This document shows positions 60,001 to 64,000 of a DNA stretch of 64,000 nucleotides, piece by piece (position 1 is the stretch's first letter; the number at the start of each line of letters is the position of its first letter). The notes under the pieces were generated by a model. The model had not been told where the DNA came from, made no database searches, and was given only the letters and a program-made list of their open reading frames with translations. The translations under genes were made by a program, and so were the position numbers. The DNA is from a virus. Taxonomy: Duplodnaviria; Heunggongvirae; Uroviricota; Caudoviricetes. The stretch lies in IMG/VR virus record IMGVR_UViG_2916199983_000001; one strand, given 5' to 3'.

Positions 60001-61803
60001 GTTGATAACACGCACGCGCATTGGTTCCAGATCTGGCTCGGTAATCGTCCAGACGCCATTCATAACCGGCATATCACCAGAATTGAGCGCTTTGGAGAAG
60101 GTTACTTTGGTAATGTCTTCCCCGGTCTCAAGAATATCGCGCTCAACGATTTCTCCTTCCTGATTCAAGATCCGGATGTAGCTACCAGCCTTATTCAGCG
60201 TAACCGGTGCGTCGAGAGTGATGCTGTTCTTTGTGAACGCCACAATGCGGCCAGAGTTGCGTTTACCAGCACGGTATTTGTTCTGAATCAGCACCGTTTC
60301 GCCCGGCATCAGGAAGGAAGCATCCAGCCCTGCCGTAAAGCTGATAACGTCGGACTCCATGCGTGCGGTATACAGCAGCCACAGACCGACACGATGCGCC
60401 TGGCCACGGCTTGTACAGCCGAACGCAACCACTTCGGTTTTGCGCTCACCATAACGACGCATCGCCTCCTGGTCTTCGACGTACTCGATGTTCTGCTTGT
60501 AGCCGTCTTCCTTGTTGTTGTAGGTCACAAGAGCCACTGACGGACGGTCTTTACGCGCAGATCCCTTGTAACTGAACATGCCATCTTTGACGTTCGCGTT
60601 GGTGAACATCATGACCGGATCTGACGGACTATCCTGCATGACGTTAACCATGCCGCCAGCCCAGAAGACCATTCCGCGGAAGGCGCCAGCGATATCCTGA
60701 ATCAGTCGGTACGCATCCTGACGGCTGGTGATCTGGGTGTTGATAGCGAAGCGCTTCTCTTTGCCACCGAAACCATCGTCAATCTCTTCGTCGCAGTAGC
60801 GCCCAATCTGGTAGATCTGCCCGAGGTCAATCATGGACTCAGAAACGTACTGCCCCAGGCCATAACGGGCGTTGGTAAGCAGGTCGAAGAGAATCCAGGC
60901 AGGGTTGGAAGATGACAACAGCTTGAATGTGCCATCCCATACGCCGATATAGGTGTTTGTGTGCTCGTCGTAGTTGGACGGGACTCGGATCTTAAGGCCA
61001 CGCACCAGATACGAACGAGACGGCATCGAGCTGCCGAACTGCTCTGAGTTGACCTTGAGACCAACCAGCGCGGAGTTCGGGTAGTTCATCGGCGTATCAA
61101 CAATCTCACCGATAGAGTCCACCCACGTATCGTTAAAGATGTACTGAGTGTTGCTGTCATCGGTCAGACGAAGCACGCGAACCTTGTAGGCACGACCTGG
61201 CTTGGGCAGTTTTAGCTCATAGCTGCGGTAGTAGACGCCCGTCTTTTTTGCCGTCAGCGTAATTTCGGAAGTGCTCTCCCCTTCTGCGATGGCGTCCTTG
61301 AAGGCATTATCGCCATTGGCAATCTGGAATTTGTAATTCACGGTCGTACCGTTGGTATCACCGGTCTTTTTGTCGATGCTACGCAGAGACGGGAACTTAA
61401 GAATGACGCGGACACGGTCTGCCTCATCGTTATCGATGGCAATCGTAACGTCGTGCATTCTTTTCAACTGGATGTTGACTGACTTCGGCGTTTCAACGAA
61501 ATCGAACCCGGACATCGGCGTCTGGTCTTGTGAACCATCGCGGAAGTCCCACGTGATACCGCTAAAGTTTGGAGACCCGTCTTCGTTAAGGATTGGCAGA
61601 TCATCAACGAAGATCGACTTTGCGCCATCCACCAGCCCGCCAATGACACCCTCCCCGAGCAGGTCGAGGATGGACGCCATAGCACGCGAGTTTACGGTAT
61701 CGTCGGCTTCAACCGGCGTGCGGCTGGAGCCACTGCTTTTCTTACCGCCAGCACCTGCAATCAGGAGAGGCAGTCTCTTCTTCTTGAACTGTTCCATGTT
61801 CAA
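57082..61803 (-). CDS. tail tip / host specificity protein, lambda gpJ-like central fibre
   Basis: Strong matches to lambda J (NYPNSALVGLKVNSEQFGS..RSYLVRGLKIRVPSNY..GVWDGTFK; C-terminal NVTIA..C.INGTLRAEKI.GD.VKAA). Confidence 0.95.
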   Translation of the reverse strand: MNMEQFKKKRLPLLIAGAGGKKSSGSSRTPVEADDTVNSRAMASILDLLGEGVIGGLVDGAKSIFVDDLPILNEDGSPNFSGITWDFRDGSQDQTPMSGFDFVETPKSVNIQLKRMHDVTIAIDNDEADRVRVILKFPSLRSIDKKTGDTNGTTVNYKFQIANGDNAFKDAIAEGESTSEITLTAKKTGVYYRSYELKLPKPGRAYKVRVLRLTDDSNTQYIFNDTWVDSIGEIVDTPMNYPNSALVGLKVNSEQFGSSMPSRSYLVRGLKIRVPSNYDEHTNTYIGVWDGTFKLLSSSNPAWILFDLLTNARYGLGQYVSESMIDLGQIYQIGRYCDEEIDDGFGGKEKRFAINTQITSRQDAYRLIQDIAGAFRGMVFWAGGMVNVMQDSPSDPVMMFTNANVKDGMFSYKGSARKDRPSVALVTYNNKEDGYKQNIEYVEDQEAMRRYGERKTEVVAFGCTSRGQAHRVGLWLLYTARMESDVISFTAGLDASFLMPGETVLIQNKYRAGKRNSGRIVAFTKNSITLDAPVTLNKAGSYIRILNQEGEIVERDILETGEDITKVTFSKALNSGDMPVMNGVWTITEPDLEPMRVRVINVAQGEAQGTFDVTVVQNNASKYEAIDNGATLIPENNTVLDPTYSKPTNLQVTEGTYISSPGNLSIKLVATWEGKSAEYWISWRRSDENNVSNWQSARVTEEQFEILNIAENGQYDIQLYAVSFSGKKTDIISTVYQVKGTMTPPGSPTSLTAVGDYRNVILNWVNPDSIDLDHINVYASQTNDLETAKLIAEAASTTFTHAGLGDSETWYYWVRAVNKRGMLSPPNSNLGTEAMTRDVLSFLTGKITSSELGQELLEEIDSKASQDAVDAINKQMEESLKELDQSVADLDSKLEDTSGRLEQAQNDLKNEVSGTLDKVNDALQQVEDSNAALVELQETVSEQGKAVAGAVEAAHAALDNASALIAEEREARVEGDKANAKQIEAMKSSVDDSVAAVEEMKKTVAEVERASAEVSTNIEALAKTNIDLALRQDEDQHKQMVNNAKIATTQKTFADDMSAMASKVEEIRAEIGEDIRASILEETTARVEADKAIATHISKLEAQLNDDISAAIVAEQEARATADEALSRQITTLQAKVEGDISAALTEEQIARATADEALSKQITQLKAQTGEDIKAAVAAETQARTDADGALASQISSLKAQTAEDIKAAVATETKARTDADSALAGQITNLQAQTGKDINAAITSEATARANADGALGKRIDTVKAEVDGNSALIQEQAKAIADTDKKVSAAWTLKMETSTSGGQKYVAGIALGIDSTGLSQFLVQADRFGLVNSVNGKITTPFVIENGVAYMNGAWIKDGTISNAKIGNVIQSNDYVSGRSGWSIRKDGTAEFCNGTFRGNVDANSGTLNHVTIADTCIINGTLRAEKIIGDVVKAAGREFPHFKNPTTGEYLYANGSLTVTVHDDQSFDRQIIIPPILFSGSSYESNTSNDVWDECTFKVTHNGSLIYQATSSGKQECYNAIFDMPAGRGAKTLTFTASTRGNSGGWPRSRVSDLLVIVVKKSTSGIVIS

Positions 61804-61818
61804 AAATTTCCCTTCTTA

Positions 61819-62406
61819 CTAAAGCTGGTCGATGGTGATCGAAGAACTCACAACCTGTGAGCCGACCAGAATTTCCTCGCCATAAATGAGCTGAACCGGG
61901 TTGCCCTGGTTAGTGGTGTTTTGTGGCCCGTCGAAATAAAACGAGTTCGAGTTATCTGCCTGCCTTACGCTGTCATTGGTCGCCTGGGGCGAAATTAACT
62001 GCGAAATACCTCCCATCATTAGCGACAAGCCGAGCGGGGCCAGCGCTGGGAACCAGAATGAGGCAACCATGACGAGTGCCCCTACGACTGTCTGGAACCA
62101 ACCAAAAGCCTTACCGCCACTACCGCGAGGAACCGGCGTGATGCGGATCTTCGCGATGTTGTCGGACTGCCCCATCATTTGAAACTCGCTCTCATCAACC
62201 GACCACTTATGCCCCTGCTTATTGGTGATCTGGATGTGGTAACTGTCGTAGGTCTTCATGTTGCGTTTCATCCAGGCTTTTAAGCCCGGACGGTTGGCTT
62301 CGACCAAATCCAACGCCTGTTTGGTGTTGCGCACTTTTAAATGCCAGTGGCGGCCGAAATGTCTGGCCATCGGGCCACCAAGTTGCACATGAACTAACTC
62401 AGACAC
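61819..62406 (-). CDS. tail assembly protein, lambda gpI-like
   Basis: It sits between the K-like and J-like genes. Its hydrophobic C-terminal half resembles gpI. Confidence 0.6.
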   Translation of the reverse strand: MSELVHVQLGGPMARHFGRHWHLKVRNTKQALDLVEANRPGLKAWMKRNMKTYDSYHIQITNKQGHKWSVDESEFQMMGQSDNIAKIRITPVPRGSGGKAFGWFQTVVGALVMVASFWFPALAPLGLSLMMGGISQLISPQATNDSVRQADNSNSFYFDGPQNTTNQGNPVQLIYGEEILVGSQVVSSSITIDQL

Positions 62407-63218
62407 GTTTCATCTCCCTTGAGTAAGTCTCTGTGACGCAGGTGGTGCGTCGTGTGTTTCTGGTACATGCCACCGTAATAAGCGCGACAGCTCAGACGGT
62501 CGATCTGGTGGTGCAGGATCATTCCGTCTCCGATGTACACCGCGCAGTGGTCAGGCATCTTTCCGTACTGAATGAAGAAGACGTCACCACGCTGGGGTTC
62601 CGTCCCCGGCGCCAGACGAACAAGCCCTTCATTGCGGTAGTTCTGATCGAGAATGTCGGTATCGCCCGTGTACCACGATGGAATATGCAGGTGCGGGTTT
62701 GGATTCAACTCGACGTTGAACTCACGCTTCAGGTAGTCGCGGCACAGCATCCAGCAGTCGAAGACACCAAACACATAGGGCCGCCCCAGATAAGGCATCT
62801 CAAAGCCGTCTGGGGTGATCACATTCATCTCACTGAAGTGAAATGGCGCATCGCCCTCGACGTTCTTCCGAACAGCCAGAATCAGCCACGGAACTTCCGT
62901 TGCCTCGCATCCGGCGCGGTCGGCGTCTGACGCTTCAGCTGATTCGTCAGTGTGGGAGTGCCAGATGGCAACCACGTCTCCCGCATCTTCCGCTGCGATA
63001 ATGTCGTCAGCGTGCATAACAAACGTGTTTTCCGGGTTTTCCGACACGTTCCGGGCTTCCATGAAGCGATATTTCTCGCCAGTGGTACGTACCAGAAAGC
63101 CACACGCTTCGTTCGGGTAGCGTTTGATGGCTGTCAGATAGATTTCCTGCATAACGTCCGAACCAAGCTCAGGGAAAGCTCTATTACCCATAACGCGTTG
63201 CTCCAATGAACCCGCCAA
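62394..63218 (-). CDS. tail tip assembly protein, lambda gpK-like (MPN/JAB + NlpC/P60)
   Basis: JAMM motif WHSHTDESAEASD, followed by an NlpC/P60 Cys/His region. Confidence 0.8.
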   Translation of the reverse strand: MAGSLEQRVMGNRAFPELGSDVMQEIYLTAIKRYPNEACGFLVRTTGEKYRFMEARNVSENPENTFVMHADDIIAAEDAGDVVAIWHSHTDESAEASDADRAGCEATEVPWLILAVRKNVEGDAPFHFSEMNVITPDGFEMPYLGRPYVFGVFDCWMLCRDYLKREFNVELNPNPHLHIPSWYTGDTDILDQNYRNEGLVRLAPGTEPQRGDVFFIQYGKMPDHCAVYIGDGMILHHQIDRLSCRAYYGGMYQKHTTHHLRHRDLLKGDETCLS

Positions 63219-63882
63219 AGTGGATTACGCCATTGGCAAAGTAGTTACGGCGTGCGTTGCATGAGTCGTAGCGTTTCGTGCAGTAATCCGCGCCTGACAT
63301 GGTGGTTTGCTGGTTGTTTTTGTCGAAATAGGGGCCGGTGTAGCCGCACTCTGGACCGCGGTATTTCCACGGGCAGGTGTTTTTGATGATCTGGCGGTAC
63401 GGCAGCTGCACGCCCATCAGATCGAACACACTCGACAGCTCAAACTCGACAACCTCATGGGTTTCGAGAGTCTTCTGTTCGATGAACCACATCTCATCCG
63501 GGAAGTGCTGATTTGGATCTGCGGTTGGATTCCCGTCTTTGAAGTTGGCCGCGTCGAGAAAACGCGCCAGCGTCATCTTGCGGATGATGCGACAGCCAAC
63601 CAGATCGTCGTTTGCCTGAACTTCAGCGGAGACAGTTCCGGCAAAGTTGGAGACCTGGATTTTTGGACGCGGCAAAGTACCCTGACCAGTCTTATCAAAG
63701 CCTGACGCCTTGATTGGCCACGGTTCGTAGGACACGCCTTGCCAAACGACTGGCTCCATCAGTTCGTTTGTACCAGCGTGGAAAAACAGCTTGCCCCCAG
63801 AGGTGGTGTTCGACATATCAAGTTCGAACAGCTCAATGAGCGCGGAGGGCGACAAGCTCTGAATATCAGCTTTAATACCCAT
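63184..63882 (-). CDS. minor tail protein, lambda gpL-like
   Basis: It aligns with lambda L (WQGVSYEPWPIKASGF, CPWKYRGPECGYTGP, NGVIHFGGF). Start ATG 63882 is preceded by AAGGAAGAAACG. Confidence 0.85.
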   Translation of the reverse strand: MGIKADIQSLSPSALIELFELDMSNTTSGGKLFFHAGTNELMEPVVWQGVSYEPWPIKASGFDKTGQGTLPRPKIQVSNFAGTVSAEVQANDDLVGCRIIRKMTLARFLDAANFKDGNPTADPNQHFPDEMWFIEQKTLETHEVVEFELSSVFDLMGVQLPYRQIIKNTCPWKYRGPECGYTGPYFDKNNQQTTMSGADYCTKRYDSCNARRNYFANGVIHFGGFIGATRYG

Positions 63883-63940
63883 CGTTTCTTCCTTGAAATA
63901 AAGAGGCGCCAACATCCTGTCAGCGCCTATAGATAATAGT

Positions 63941-63962
63941 AAATAAGTGCTTACTTATCTAG
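63941..63962 (-). promoter_or_regulatory. hairpin plus AAATAAGTGCTTACTTAT motif upstream of the gpL-like gene
   Basis: The hairpin AGGCGCcaacatcctgtcaGCGCCT at 63903..63928 comes first, then the motif. Confidence 0.45.
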
Positions 63963-64000
63963 TGGGTTGAATTATCCTTCATAAATTTGTCGGAAGGTCG

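Overview
This 64-kb window reads as a contiguous segment of an SSU5/pHCM2-like siphovirus phage-plasmid from an enterobacterial host. It begins with an IncFIB-type RepA replicon and an iteron array. Next comes a T4-like replication and recombination block, all on the minus strand. It holds a RecA/UvsX-like recombinase, a flap endonuclease, a gp32-like SSB, a DnaE-type Pol III alpha, a CobS/CobT-like AAA+/vWA pair, an ATP-dependent ligase, a primase and a DnaB-like helicase. Plasmid-maintenance functions follow. These are ParA plus a small ParG-like partner, a GNAT/RHH TacAT-like toxin-antitoxin pair, a YafO-like toxin, and a tyrosine recombinase with a lox-like site. The 3' end of the window carries a lysis cassette and a lambda-like tail-tip block (gpL, gpK, gpI, gpJ, an Stf-like side fibre with a C-terminal chaperone domain, and a Gly-rich fibre protein). 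Two recent mobile-element insertions are visible on this backbone. The first is a tail-to-tail pair of IS3-family (IS407-group) elements flanked by a 4-bp TGCT duplication. It splits an AT-rich membrane-protein gene of about 529 codons, whose two halves re-join in frame. The second is an 8.8-kb Tn3-family transposon carrying tnpA, tnpR, an arsA 3' fragment and a complete R773-type arsRDABC operon. It has 38-bp inverted repeats and a perfect 5-bp GTGTA target duplication, and it interrupts a small phage gene. Also present are a tRNA-Asn(GTT), an ORF-free region of about 1.1 kb rich in dyad symmetries, phage-borne cspA, two lipoprotein genes, and several AT-rich moron genes, including a KAP-family P-loop NTPase. 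Two sequence motifs recur in intergenic regions. One is a hairpin followed by ATAAGTA..TACTTAT, found at the starts of minus-strand operons. The other is an AAACAA-T-TTGTTT palindrome in the 5' leaders of four genes. All protein-family assignments rest on remembered family motifs, not on a database search.
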